Translations under genes and position numbers: made by a program | From: an uncultured Pirellulales bacterium | Lineage (GTDB): Bacteria; Planctomycetota; Phycisphaerae; Sedimentisphaerales; SM23-30 | Direction: 5' to 3' | DNA: 64,000 bases | Assembly: GCA_964482555.1 (NCBI GenBank) | Contig: CAYZXY010000013.1 | Coordinates: forward strand, 1,225 to 65,224 | Shown: positions 46,629-56,793 of the stretch, one piece after another | Numbering within the stretch: the first letter of the stretch is position 1 | Layout: the number at the start of each line of letters is the position of its first letter | Notes under the pieces: generated by a model | Databases searched by the model: none | What the model was told of the DNA's origin: nothing | Seen by the model: the letters and a program-made list of their open reading frames with translations, nothing else

Positions 46629-48431
46629 ATGCAAACATTTACCATTACGTTTCTGCCCGACAATATTTCGATTGATGTTGAAATGGGTACGACCATTCTG
46701 GATGCGGCCCATCAGGCTAAAATCCCCCTGAAAAGTCCCTGCGGCGGCAAAAATATGTGCAAAAAATGTCTCGTTCAAGTGGGCGAGGACGAGAAAATTT
46801 TGCAGGCCTGCCAGTATCACATCAACAGCGACCTGACGGTGACCATTCCCTCGACATCCTATCACTGGAGCCATCAGATTCTCCAATCCGGCATTGACAT
46901 ACAGGTCGCCACGAAGAACGACCCGGCGGTCGTCAAAAAATTCATCAAGACAGCCGAGCCTTCACTGGAGGATTTACGCAGTGACGAACAGCGCCTGCTG
47001 GATGAATTGACGAAATCAGGAATCTCCACGCCCCGCATGAGCCGGTCTCTGCTGTGCGAACTGCCGGGGATGATGCGGAATAACGATTTCTCCGTAATGG
47101 CGGTTATATTCGACAACCAGGTTATTGCGCTCGAGGAGGGCGATACTACGAATGCCGCTTACGGTCTGGTGGTTGATATCGGAACAACAACGGTGGTGGC
47201 AACACTGTTGAACCTGAACAACGGCCAGGTAACCGCTATCGCTGCGGACGGCAATCCGCAGGCCTGGGCCGGAGACGATGTTGTCAGCCGGATTCATTTT
47301 GCCGGCAGCGAACCAGAAGGGCTGCAGCGGTTGCATCAAAGCATCATTGACGGGATCAATCGCCTGGCAGATGCCGTCTGTCGGAAGGGCGGTGTGAATA
47401 AGGAACAGATTTACGATATGGTCGTGGGCGGCAATGCCACCATGCAGCATTTGTTTCTGGGTGTGCCGGTTGAACAGATCGCATACGCTCCTTATGTAGC
47501 CGCGTTTTCGCATGCTGTTGTGGAACAGGCGGCCAGGCTCGGCATTGAGATTCATCCGGAGGCAAACGTTTTCGTCATGCCCGGTGTGGCCGGTCATATT
47601 GGAGGCGATACGGTAGCGGTGGCTCTGGCGATGATGATGGATCAGAGCAGTAAGGTGTCGCTGGCTCTGGATATCGGCACCAACGGGGAACTGGTCCTGG
47701 GCAATCGCGACAAGCTCCTGACATGCAGTACGGCCGCGGGGCCGGCGATGGAAGGGGCTCGCATCATGCACGGCATGAGAGCCGCCAACGGCGCTATAGA
47801 AAAAGTTTCGCTTAATACAGATGTGAAGCTGTCGGTTATTGGTCAGGTCCCGCCGGTGGGCATCTGCGGCAGCGGGCTGGTGGATGCTGTGGCGGAATTG
47901 TATCGGATGGGCCTGATCGACCAAACAGGGCGAATGTTGACGAGGGCGGACGTGTCGGGTGATTTGCCGGACGGTCTGGCCGGTAGGATGACGGAATATG
48001 AAAATATGCCGGCTTTTGTTTTGGCGACGGCCGAACAATCCGGCAACCGCGAGCCGGTTTTGCTGACTCAGAAAGACATTCGAGAAACACAACTGGCGAT
48101 AGCTGCTATTCGTGCCGGGATACGAATCCTGATGAATCAGTTAGAGGTTGGATATGGCGATATTGAATATGTCTATCTGGCCGGAGCGTTCAGCAATTAT
48201 GTGCGGCCGGAGAGTGCGGGCCTTCTGGGCTTGATTCCTAAGGAATTATCTGATCGAATCCGGCCGGTTGGTAACGCCGTTTCTACGGGAATCAAACGGG
48301 TATTGATGAACCGCCAGGTCCGGCAGTATGCCGAAGAGATGGCGCGTAAAATGACCTATGTTGAACTGGCAGGGAAAGTCGAGTTTCAGGAAGTGTTTAG
48401 CGAGAGCTTGATCTTTCCGGAGTTGGAGTAG
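46629..48431 (+). CDS. ASKHA-fold (DUF4445) protein with N-terminal 2Fe-2S ferredoxin domain; corrinoid reductive-activase (RACo)-like
   Basis: The N-terminal region CGGKNMCKKC...C has plant-type ferredoxin spacing. DIGTTTVVATL and DIGTNGE are ASKHA phosphate motifs. Confidence 0.75.
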   Translation: MQTFTITFLPDNISIDVEMGTTILDAAHQAKIPLKSPCGGKNMCKKCLVQVGEDEKILQACQYHINSDLTVTIPSTSYHWSHQILQSGIDIQVATKNDPAVVKKFIKTAEPSLEDLRSDEQRLLDELTKSGISTPRMSRSLLCELPGMMRNNDFSVMAVIFDNQVIALEEGDTTNAAYGLVVDIGTTTVVATLLNLNNGQVTAIAADGNPQAWAGDDVVSRIHFAGSEPEGLQRLHQSIIDGINRLADAVCRKGGVNKEQIYDMVVGGNATMQHLFLGVPVEQIAYAPYVAAFSHAVVEQAARLGIEIHPEANVFVMPGVAGHIGGDTVAVALAMMMDQSSKVSLALDIGTNGELVLGNRDKLLTCSTAAGPAMEGARIMHGMRAANGAIEKVSLNTDVKLSVIGQVPPVGICGSGLVDAVAELYRMGLIDQTGRMLTRADVSGDLPDGLAGRMTEYENMPAFVLATAEQSGNREPVLLTQKDIRETQLAIAAIRAGIRILMNQLEVGYGDIEYVYLAGAFSNYVRPESAGLLGLIPKELSDRIRPVGNAVSTGIKRVLMNRQVRQYAEEMARKMTYVELAGKVEFQEVFSESLIFPELE

Positions 48432-48543
48432 GAGGGGAAAGCCGTAACCTTAAAAAAAACACAGATGATACTGATTAAACAGATTCACACAGATTAGAGG
48501 GTATAGGGTTTCGGTTTTCGGGTTTAGAGTTTGATGTTTAACG

Positions 48544-48600
48544 TTCGCGTTTTATGTGAGCGTTCTACAGGGGCATTTACGCCTTACAGGATTTTTACGA
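48544..48600 (+). repeat. family-3 repeat, partial/divergent copy
   Basis: TTCGCGTTTTATGTGAGCGTTCTACAGGGGCATTTACGCCTTACAGG aligns with the first half of 40064-40155. Confidence 0.45.
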
Positions 48601-48642
48601 CTCTGCGTAAACAAAAGTATGAATGCGCAAAACCATGCGGCA

Positions 48643-49500
48643 TTATTGGTCTTTTTCTTTCAGCGAGTGGACTTCTCTGGTCCAGTCGGGGCCGGCGGGT
48701 TTGAGAACAAAGACGCTTTTGTCAATCGGACGATTCAAAATAATTTCATCCCACTGCACGATCGTGATTTCATAATCGACATTTTCGTACATGATTTTTA
48801 CCGGCATGGCGTTTTGTTTTGCAATCCACAATTCGAGATTCTTGTATTCCTCAGCGAAGGAGCTGTCTTTTCTGGGGGTAAATATGAGATGCACCGTATT
48901 GTTGGGGTCGCTTTTCTGCGGCTCCCGTATTCGAACCTCGAAGTTTTTGCTGACATCTTCTTTCCGGATAGCAAACGGCAGGGGGAAGGGGCCTTTGCCC
49001 AGCCGAAACGTTTCCTTGTTATAAGCCTTGCGGGAAATTTCCCAGGACGTCAATGTTTTTGTGCGGGCGTAACGATGATGCAGCCATTTGCCATCAAAAA
49101 CATAATCCTCATCAAACACGATGCGTTGCCCCTTTGATTCATCTTCGATATCAGCTTGCAGATAGTTGGAAAAATAAATCCGGGCCAGTACAGTATGGTC
49201 TTGGGCCAGGTAATAAATCCTGCCGTCACGCAGGATCAGGGTATCGGTCAGAAACTGTTCCTGGCGATAGTCCATCTCGGCCTGATAGCTGGTCAGGTTG
49301 TTCCCGGCATTTTCAATAATGGTCAGAATTTCCGGCAGGGGGGTATCGTCGGGGATGCGAAAGCTGTTTGGATCAGCCGCGGATTTGTGATTGTCTGCGG
49401 GGGCTTGATCCGGTTCGCAACTTATGGATGTCGCGGCTGATAAAAAACAGACTGGCAGAGCCGAAACAAAAAACACCAGAAAAACGAATATCGTTTTCAT
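48643..49500 (-). CDS. LolA-like outer-membrane lipoprotein carrier/sorting protein
   Basis: Signal peptide present. The size and the pattern (LTSYQAEMDY...DGRIYY...FDGKWL) resemble LolA-like domains from recall. Confidence 0.55.
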   Translation of the reverse strand: MKTIFVFLVFFVSALPVCFLSAATSISCEPDQAPADNHKSAADPNSFRIPDDTPLPEILTIIENAGNNLTSYQAEMDYRQEQFLTDTLILRDGRIYYLAQDHTVLARIYFSNYLQADIEDESKGQRIVFDEDYVFDGKWLHHRYARTKTLTSWEISRKAYNKETFRLGKGPFPLPFAIRKEDVSKNFEVRIREPQKSDPNNTVHLIFTPRKDSSFAEEYKNLELWIAKQNAMPVKIMYENVDYEITIVQWDEIILNRPIDKSVFVLKPAGPDWTREVHSLKEKDQ

Positions 49501-49511
49501 AAGCCTTATCC

Positions 49512-50093
49512 TTAATTGCCATTATCAATAAGCGATGGCAATTCCATCAGATGTTCAATAACATGGTCCGCTTCGCAGGCGAATGTCTCGTGATCCTTGT
49601 TGGTTCGTATTAATATGGTTCTGGCGCCGGCCTTGCGTCCGCACAAGACATCAAACAGATAGTCGCCTACCATGACCGAATTTTGCGGAGAAACGTTTAT
49701 GTTTTTACAGATTTCCCGGACCGCAAAGGGATCGGGCTTGACGGGGCCATCATCCCGGGTGATCACACAATCGAATATCATATTGTGCCGTCGGCAGAAC
49801 CGCTCGACATTTACACGGCTGTTACGGGTTGCCAGCCCCACGGCTATGCTTTGGGCTTTCAGCCATTGCATGAGTTCTACTGCTCCGGGATTAAGTTCAG
49901 AATTGGCGGCGGCTTGATCCTCAAATCGCTCGAGAATCACTCGGGCCTGCATCTTTTCATCTGGCGGCATTTTTTCCAGGGCTTCCAGTATCGGCCCGCT
50001 TATATTACCTATTTCTTCACGGATTATATCAAAATCCAGATACGGTTTGGTCAGGGTTCCATCGAGATCGAATATGACGGCATTGACTTTCAT
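49512..50093 (-). CDS. HAD-superfamily hydrolase (phosphatase)
   Basis: Motif I FDLDGTLT, motif II ATRNS, motif IV GDYLFD. Confidence 0.85.
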   Translation of the reverse strand: MKVNAVIFDLDGTLTKPYLDFDIIREEIGNISGPILEALEKMPPDEKMQARVILERFEDQAAANSELNPGAVELMQWLKAQSIAVGLATRNSRVNVERFCRRHNMIFDCVITRDDGPVKPDPFAVREICKNINVSPQNSVMVGDYLFDVLCGRKAGARTILIRTNKDHETFACEADHVIEHLMELPSLIDNGN

Positions 50094-50261
50094 GAAGCTA
50101 TTCTAATCATGTCAGCAAGTGCGGTCAAGCCTTTCTTAAAGGGTTGACAAGTGCAACTATATATATTATAAATCTTTATAAATATTATACCTCACCCGGA
50201 TATACCGGAATTTCGAATGATTTTCATTGCCGTTTTGCGTAAGTTTTAACTCGTGAGAGAT

Positions 50262-50365
50262 TCCACCCAATTGAGTAGAAAGCTTCTGGCTGAGCCGGGT
50301 GTAAGCTTTTTATACGCACATAATTACGTTCCGATAAAAGAGATATTTCAATCGGAACGAGTATA
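50262..50365 (-). repeat. family-1 interspersed repeat, reverse orientation
   Basis: TCCACCCAATTGAGTAGAAAGCTTCTGGCTGAGCCGGGTGTAAGCTTTTTATACGCACATAATTACGTTCCGATAAAAGAGATATTTCAATCGGAACGAGTATA. Hairpin 1 is perfect. Confidence 0.9.
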
Positions 50366-50444
50366 AAAGGAGTGTGAGGATTCCCGCCAGAACCAATCGG
50401 GAAAACGCTGTTTGAATGCGTATGAATTCGTTAAGGCAGGTTAT

Positions 50445-51584
50445 ATGAAAACAAAACTGATCAAATGCGAATCGGCCGGTAATATTCAGGCTATACAGGA
50501 AGCCGCGGACATAGTTCGCCAGGGGGGGCTGGCGGTGTTTCCCACGGAAACGGTTTATGGCATCGCCGCCAGCGTCTATCATCCGGAAACGCTTATACGC
50601 CTTCGAAAACTGAAAGAAAGGCCTGACAGTAAACCATTTACGCTCCATATTGCAGACAAAGCCGATCTGGATAACTATGTCCCTGAGATTTCGTTATTGA
50701 ATCGTCAATTCATTAAAAAGACCTGGCCGGGACCGTTAACGATCATTTTTCCATTGGGGCCTGATGATCTGGATAATATACCCTCTTTGAGCGATCAGTG
50801 TCTGAGCGAATTGTATTTCGAAAATACAATTGGGATTCGACTGCCCGACCAGGAGGTTGCCAGGGGACTTATCAGGGAAATCGATGGGCCCGTAGTGGCC
50901 CCGAGTGCGAATTTCGCGAAAAAATCGCCGCCGACATCCTCCCAGGAGGTTGTAAAGGAGCTCAACGGTCTTGTTGATGCAATTCTGGATTCTGGCCCTA
51001 CCAGATACAAAAAGGCTTCGACCATTATTCGTTTTACGAATAATGATTTTGAATTGCTGCGCCCGGGTGTTTTTGATGAAGCGGCATTAAGGCGGATGAG
51101 ATCCCTGAAGGTGCTGTTCGTCTGTACCGGTAATACCTGCCGTTCGCCGATGGCGGAAGGAATCTTCAAAGCAATATTAGCCCGGATTGCAAGATGTCCC
51201 GTTGACCATCTTTCAGAAATCGGGTATAAGGTAGGCTCGGCAGGCGTGATGGCTTATATTGGTATGCCCGCGACGCCGGAAGCGATTCAGGCTGCTGCGG
51301 AATATGATGCCGATATTCGCGAACATCAGTCCCGTTTATTAACGGTTGAGATGATTAATGATGCGGATTATATTTTTGTTATGGATCACGGACATCAGGC
51401 GGCAGTAAGACAGATGTCCGGGGCAGCGATGCGTAAGACGTCGCTGCTGATGGGAGATGATGTGGTTGCTGATCCGATTGGCAGGCCCATACAAGCTTAT
51501 CGCGATTGTGCCGCGCAGATTTCACTAGGGATAGATACGATTTTTCGTGATACATTATCAAGTTGGAATGCTGAGCTAGACTAA
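50445..51584 (+). CDS. fusion of L-threonylcarbamoyladenylate synthase (Sua5/YrdC/TsaC) and a low-molecular-weight protein phosphatase
   Basis: YrdC region (GGLAVFPTETVYGIAA, APSAN). C-terminal LFVCTGNTCRSPMAEG P-loop of LMW-PTP/arginine phosphatases. Confidence 0.85.
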   Translation: MKTKLIKCESAGNIQAIQEAADIVRQGGLAVFPTETVYGIAASVYHPETLIRLRKLKERPDSKPFTLHIADKADLDNYVPEISLLNRQFIKKTWPGPLTIIFPLGPDDLDNIPSLSDQCLSELYFENTIGIRLPDQEVARGLIREIDGPVVAPSANFAKKSPPTSSQEVVKELNGLVDAILDSGPTRYKKASTIIRFTNNDFELLRPGVFDEAALRRMRSLKVLFVCTGNTCRSPMAEGIFKAILARIARCPVDHLSEIGYKVGSAGVMAYIGMPATPEAIQAAAEYDADIREHQSRLLTVEMINDADYIFVMDHGHQAAVRQMSGAAMRKTSLLMGDDVVADPIGRPIQAYRDCAAQISLGIDTIFRDTLSSWNAELD

Positions 51585-51613
51585 GCGAAAGGTGAACGAG
51601 AGGTAAATACTCA

Positions 51614-52060
51614 ATGAAAGTAGCAATTGGCGGCGATCACAGAGGTTATGAAGCTAAGGAACTGATTAAAAGCATTCTGCAGCGCAACGGCCATGAGGTG
51701 GAAGACTATGGTACGAATGAATCGAAAAGCTGCGATTACCCGGATTTTGCTATTCCTGTTGCCCTGGCTGTAGCACGCAATGAAGTTGACAGCGGTATTT
51801 TAATCTGCGGCAGCGGTATCGGTATGTCGATTACCGCGAATAAGGTCAGGGGGGTGCGGGCGGCCCTTTGTCATGATGAATTGACGGCACAAATGGCCCG
51901 TACGCATAATGACGCGAATATTTTATGTCTGCCTGCCATGCTGGTGAACGATCCGTTGATTACCCGGATTGTGGAAACGTGGCTCTCGACGGAATTCGGC
52001 GGCGGTCGCCATCAACGCCGGGTAAGCAAGATGATGGAAGCAGAAAGCATTGAGCCATAA
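51614..52060 (+). CDS. rpiB: ribose-5-phosphate isomerase B
   Basis: MKVAIGGDHRGYE and CGSGIGMSITANK motifs. Confidence 0.9.
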   Translation: MKVAIGGDHRGYEAKELIKSILQRNGHEVEDYGTNESKSCDYPDFAIPVALAVARNEVDSGILICGSGIGMSITANKVRGVRAALCHDELTAQMARTHNDANILCLPAMLVNDPLITRIVETWLSTEFGGGRHQRRVSKMMEAESIEP

Positions 52061-52079
52061 AGGGCCAATGCCTGACGCA

Positions 52080-53975
52080 TTATTTTTTCGGGGAACACGC
52101 TTCTTCGGGTGAGATTTTACCCAGAACGCCCAGTGCGATATTCACATTGCCAAAGGGGGCGCTGACGGCATAGCCAGCGACATGATCCTTGATCTTTTCG
52201 ATCATTTCCCGTGCGATTTCTATACCGATCAGGCGGCCTTCTTCCTTGGTCTGGGCTTTGGACATTTTCTCCAGGATTTTTTCGGGGACTAACACGCCGG
52301 GCACTTCGTTCGCCATGAATTCAGCGTTCTTATAGCTGACGAGCGGCCAGATGCCGGCGACTATGGGGATTTTATGATTTTTTGTTTCTTCCATGAAATG
52401 GATCAGCATGTCAGGATCGAAAACCGGCTGAGTGATGGCAAATTCCGCTCCGGCTTCGACCTTACGTTTGAAACGGTCGATTTCACGCGGCAGATCGGCC
52501 GCTACCGGATTAGCGCCGACGCCGAGAACCATGGAGAGGGGGGGGGTAAATGAATTCAATCCCAGGTCGATCCCCTGGTTCAGGTTTTTGCAGACCTGGG
52601 TCAGCCCGATGGCATCGAGATCGAAAACCGCGGTGGCATCGGGATATTCACCCAGTTTGGGCGGATCACCAGTCACGATCAGCATGTTTTTCAACCCCAT
52701 AGCCTCGCAGCCGAGCATATCCGCCTGCAGCCCGATGATATTGCGATCACGGCAGCAGACATGCAGAATGACTTCGATGTCAACATGCTGGTTGACATGG
52801 ATCGCGGTCACCATGGGCGACATGCGAGAACTGGCCCGCGGCCCATCAGGAATATTGATGGCATCTACGCCGTGGTCGGAACAAAATTTTGCCTTTTCCA
52901 CAATATTGGAGATGACTGCGCCGCGTGGGGGGGTGATTTCGATTGAGGCGACTTTTTCACCGGCGACGAGTTTTTGGGCCCATTTCGATCTTTTCTCGAG
53001 AGGGATGGTTTCCTGGGCGGCCGGCATTTCGACTTCCTTGACGGAAATCGATGCCGTATTCGTATCTGGAATCTGTCGCATTGCCTTATCCAGCGGATGT
53101 ATCACTTTAGCGATTTCGCTGATGTGTTCGGGTGTCGAGCCGCAGCAGCCGCCGATAATACGCGCTCCTTTTTCGAAAAACCGCTTGCTGTATTCCGCCA
53201 TGTATTCGGGTGTACACATGTATATTTTTCGGCCTTCGACTTCTCGCGGCATGCCGGCATTGGGTTGAACCGAGACCGGTTTATCCGTTGCCGAACGGAT
53301 AATTTCCAAACTGCTGAGCATGGACCCAGGGCCGATGGAGCAGTTCAGGCCAGCTACATTCACTGCCGGATGCCCGGCAATTCGCATAAAGGCGTCCTCG
53401 AGTTTCTGGCCGAAAATAGTTTCCTTAAATTCATTCGTGGTAATCTGAGCCACAATGGGGATATCGTATAGCGAAGCCGCCGTTTCCACCGCGATCAGAA
53501 GCTCATCCGGGTTGGAAAAAGTCTCGAAGATCAGGAAATCAACCTGTCCGTCCATCAGGCCCCGAATCTGGCGAATAAAGGCCTCGCGGACCTGATCCTC
53601 AGTCAGTTTGCCATAAGGCTGCATATGCGGACCCAGAGGGCCGATTGAGCCGCCTACCAGAACGCCATGATCTTCCGCTGCCTGCCGGGCCAGTTCGCCA
53701 CCGGCCAGGTTGATGGCTTCGACCTGATCGACCAGGCCGAATTTACTCAGTTTATACTGATTAGCCCCGAAGGTATTTGTCTCGATAAAATCGACCCCGG
53801 CGTCAATATAGGCTTCGTGCACCTTGCGTACCAGGTTCGATCGTGTCAGATTAAGCTCATCAAAACAGGTGTTGATAAATGCCCCCATTTGATAAAGCAT
53901 GGTTCCCATGGCGCCGTCGCCAATAAGGACATGTCGTTCCAGCCGTTCGAGAAATGTCTCTTTCTTAGTAGTCAT
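52080..53975 (-). CDS. bifunctional homocysteine S-methyltransferase / 5,10-methylenetetrahydrofolate reductase (YitJ-like)
   Basis: N-terminal Hcy-binding domain (LIGDGAMGT, GGCCGSTPEHI). C-terminal MTHFR barrel (IEITPPRG...). Confidence 0.85.
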   Translation of the reverse strand: MTTKKETFLERLERHVLIGDGAMGTMLYQMGAFINTCFDELNLTRSNLVRKVHEAYIDAGVDFIETNTFGANQYKLSKFGLVDQVEAINLAGGELARQAAEDHGVLVGGSIGPLGPHMQPYGKLTEDQVREAFIRQIRGLMDGQVDFLIFETFSNPDELLIAVETAASLYDIPIVAQITTNEFKETIFGQKLEDAFMRIAGHPAVNVAGLNCSIGPGSMLSSLEIIRSATDKPVSVQPNAGMPREVEGRKIYMCTPEYMAEYSKRFFEKGARIIGGCCGSTPEHISEIAKVIHPLDKAMRQIPDTNTASISVKEVEMPAAQETIPLEKRSKWAQKLVAGEKVASIEITPPRGAVISNIVEKAKFCSDHGVDAINIPDGPRASSRMSPMVTAIHVNQHVDIEVILHVCCRDRNIIGLQADMLGCEAMGLKNMLIVTGDPPKLGEYPDATAVFDLDAIGLTQVCKNLNQGIDLGLNSFTPPLSMVLGVGANPVAADLPREIDRFKRKVEAGAEFAITQPVFDPDMLIHFMEETKNHKIPIVAGIWPLVSYKNAEFMANEVPGVLVPEKILEKMSKAQTKEEGRLIGIEIAREMIEKIKDHVAGYAVSAPFGNVNIALGVLGKISPEEACSPKK

Positions 53976-54321
53976 AAACCTCCCTAAGCATTTTTTGTTT
54001 TTTTACCTCTTTTAATCATATATACATAGTATTAAAGAATTTACAAGTTAATATTCCAGAAAGAAGGGCGGTGGAGGCCAGTTTTTATAAAAAAAAAAGA
54101 GAAAAAATGATATTAGACGGCCCACATTATTTGCCAAAAATAAAAACCATGGTATAATTCATGTAGATGTTAAAGCCGATGAGTTTTAAGTAACAATGTA
54201 CAGCCAGTCTGGGATCGAGAGAGAGAGTGGACATATACATTTGTTAAGCGAAAAGGATGAAGGGCGCGAACGGCTTTAACATAAAGTGTCGGATGGGCTG
54301 GATACGGGAAGACAAGCAATC

Positions 54322-54426
54322 TATGCACGTACCGCTTGAAAATGCCCGTTTTGTCGGAACGTAATTATCTGCGGATATATATCTTACGCCCGGCCCTGCC
54401 GGGAGCGTTCTACCCCATTGGGTAGA
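54322..54426 (+). repeat. family-1 interspersed repeat, forward on + strand
   Basis: TATGCACGTACCGCTTGAAAATGCCCGTTTTGTCGGAACGTAATTATCTGCGGATATATATCTTACGCCCGGCCCTGCCGGGAGCGTTCTACCCCATTGGGTAGA. Confidence 0.9.
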
Positions 54427-54676
54427 AAAGCGGTTATTTTTATAAGCGTTTGCGCAATTTCTAAAACCTTGTTTACGCCGCATTCAGCGGCATTCTGTCG
54501 GGAAAAATAAGATTGTTGACGATCATTTGCCCCGGGGTTTTCTACTGAACCCCGGGGCTGTTTCTATTAGTCCCTGCGAGTCTTTTCCCAAAACGGGAAG
54601 TGGTTGTCTTTCTCATTCATTAAGTCCCGCATTTAATTAAAAATGCGGGCTAAACTTAATTGTCCCTTACGGGATT

Positions 54677-54780
54677 TATACGCGTTCCGATAGAAAATAC
54701 CTGTTTTTCGGAACGTAATTATGTGCGTATAAAAAGCTTACGCCCGGCCTTGCCGGGAGCTTTCTACCCAATGGGGTAGA
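54677..54780 (+). repeat. family-1 interspersed repeat, forward on + strand
   Basis: TATACGCGTTCCGATAGAAAATACCTGTTTTTCGGAACGTAATTATGTGCGTATAAAAAGCTTACGCCCGGCCTTGCCGGGAGCTTTCTACCCAATGGGGTAGA. Confidence 0.9.
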
Positions 54781-54856
54781 AACGACAATGAGAACGTTAA
54801 AGCCAAAGTTTAATTTCTGAGTTCTGTGAATGCTAACTCTATATTTATGAACGCGT

Positions 54857-56737
54857 TCATTCGAACAACAGTTCGAAATGATACACTCCTTCGTTCAGTT
54901 CGCTTTTCACCTGGCACTGGCTTTTGCGGAAAACCGCCTGCATGGCCTTGTTTTCCTTGATGACTTCGGCGGTGAAGCCGCTGATGCCGTTGCGGCGAGC
55001 GATGGTAATCAGGAATCGCAGCAGGAATGTACCAATGCCGCGATTCTGCCAGCCGTCACGCACGGTGAACGCCACTTCGGCCCGGTTGGTCTTCTGGTCC
55101 AGATAATAGCGACCGATCGCCACAATATCCTCGCCATGCGCTTCCGGCACCGTTCCGACAACGGCCACCTCGGTCCGGTGGTCCACATAGACGAATTCCT
55201 GAATCTGGCGGTAGGGGATGTGAGTCATTTCTCGCATGAACCGGTTATAAATCGACTGCTGCGAAAGGGCATAAAACAGATCACGCATTTTCGGTTCGTC
55301 TGTCGGATGAATCGGCCGGAATGTCACCATCGTGCCGTTGTCCAGAATCTGATGGGTCGTCAATTCCATGGGGCCAACCTTGACCTTGCCTTCCACATCC
55401 TTGTATTCTTCACGAACATATTTCGCTTCGATCGCTTCACGCAGCAGTTGCTCGCGATAATCCGGATGCGAAATGCTGATCAATGCCAGAGCGCGTTCCT
55501 GAATCGATTTGCCATGCAGGTACGCCACGCCATGCTCGGTGACCACATAATGCACGTCGCCGCGGGTCGTGACCACGCCGGCGCCGGGGCTCAGCCGGCT
55601 GACGATACGCGAGATCTTACCGTCGTCGGCGGTGGAGGGCATGGCGATGATCGCCTTGCCGCCTTCGCTGCGGGCCGCTCCGCGATTAAAATCAACCTGA
55701 CCGCCGATGCCGGAGAAGAATTTCGTACCCAGGGAATCGGAGCAGACCTGGCCGGTCAGATCGATCTGTAAAGCGACATTGATCGCTACCATTTTATGCT
55801 GACGACTGATGACGTAAGAATCGTTGACATACTCCGTTGGGCGGAAAGAAAACAGAGGATTGTTATCAATATAATCGTAAAGTTTTTTCGTGCCTAAACA
55901 GAAACTGGCGACAATGCGTCCCTGGTCGACGGTTTTGCGTTTGCAGGTGACGGCGCCTTTCTCCACCATGTCGATCATCTGGTCGGTAAACATTTCGGTA
56001 TGAATGCCCAGTTCTTGCTTTTCGCCCAGGAATTCCAGTACGGCTTGCGGGATACGGCCAATGCCCAGTTCCAGCGTGGAACCGTCTTCGACCAGCGAGG
56101 CGACATTAGCACCGATTTTACGGGTCACCTCGGTCGGTTCCGCCGGCTGCATTTCCAGCAGCGCCCGGTCAACCGGTACAAGGATGTCCATATCATTGAC
56201 GTGAATCTGACTGTCACCGAAGGTGCGGGGCATTTGCGGGTTCACTTCCGCGATGACCAGCGCCGCGTTCTCGGCGGCGCTTTTGACGATGTCCACGGAG
56301 ATGCCCAGGCTGCATATTCCGCGGCTGTCCGGCGGAGAGACCTGAATCAGAGCCACATCCAGCGGCAGCTGGCCGGTACTGAACAAGCGAGGGATATCCG
56401 AGAGAAAGATTGGGGTGTAATTGCCGTAACCTTCCTGAATCATATCACGGACGTTCTCAGCGATGAAGAAACTGTTAATGCGGAAATTGTCCGCCAGTTG
56501 TTTTTCCGCGTAGGGCGCTTCGCCCAGCGTCAACAGATGAACAATTTCGGTATCCACCAGATCGCCGGCCCGATCGACCATGGCTCGTACAAGTTCCAGA
56601 GGTTCCGCACAGCCGGTGCCGATGAACACCCGTCGACCAGGCAGGATTTTCGTGACGGCGTTTTCAGGCGTGGCAATGAGGTTTCTGTATTTATCCTGCC
56701 ATTGCGGGTCGTATGTGATTTTTTTAGCGTTGTCCAT
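54857..56737 (-). CDS. acetyl-CoA hydrolase/transferase-family domain fused to a C-terminal GNAT acetyltransferase
   Basis: The N-terminal ~450 aa fit the Ach1/succinyl-CoA:acetate CoA-transferase-like pattern from recall. The C-terminal region carries the GNAT acetyl-CoA motif WQNRGIGTFL. Confidence 0.75.
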   Translation of the reverse strand: MDNAKKITYDPQWQDKYRNLIATPENAVTKILPGRRVFIGTGCAEPLELVRAMVDRAGDLVDTEIVHLLTLGEAPYAEKQLADNFRINSFFIAENVRDMIQEGYGNYTPIFLSDIPRLFSTGQLPLDVALIQVSPPDSRGICSLGISVDIVKSAAENAALVIAEVNPQMPRTFGDSQIHVNDMDILVPVDRALLEMQPAEPTEVTRKIGANVASLVEDGSTLELGIGRIPQAVLEFLGEKQELGIHTEMFTDQMIDMVEKGAVTCKRKTVDQGRIVASFCLGTKKLYDYIDNNPLFSFRPTEYVNDSYVISRQHKMVAINVALQIDLTGQVCSDSLGTKFFSGIGGQVDFNRGAARSEGGKAIIAMPSTADDGKISRIVSRLSPGAGVVTTRGDVHYVVTEHGVAYLHGKSIQERALALISISHPDYREQLLREAIEAKYVREEYKDVEGKVKVGPMELTTHQILDNGTMVTFRPIHPTDEPKMRDLFYALSQQSIYNRFMREMTHIPYRQIQEFVYVDHRTEVAVVGTVPEAHGEDIVAIGRYYLDQKTNRAEVAFTVRDGWQNRGIGTFLLRFLITIARRNGISGFTAEVIKENKAMQAVFRKSQCQVKSELNEGVYHFELLFE

Positions 56738-56793
56738 GATTATTCATAACTCCATAATGGTCAAAGGTTTATTGCTGATTCAATTCGTCCGCT

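Noticed and set aside
53976-54240. A SAM (S-box) riboswitch upstream of the YitJ-like methyltransferase/MTHFR gene, as in Bacillus yitJ.
   Set aside because: The leader read on the minus strand is A/T-rich and lacks the S-box core. The only GGTGGAGG-CCAG-like string (54066-54082) is on the wrong strand and incomplete.
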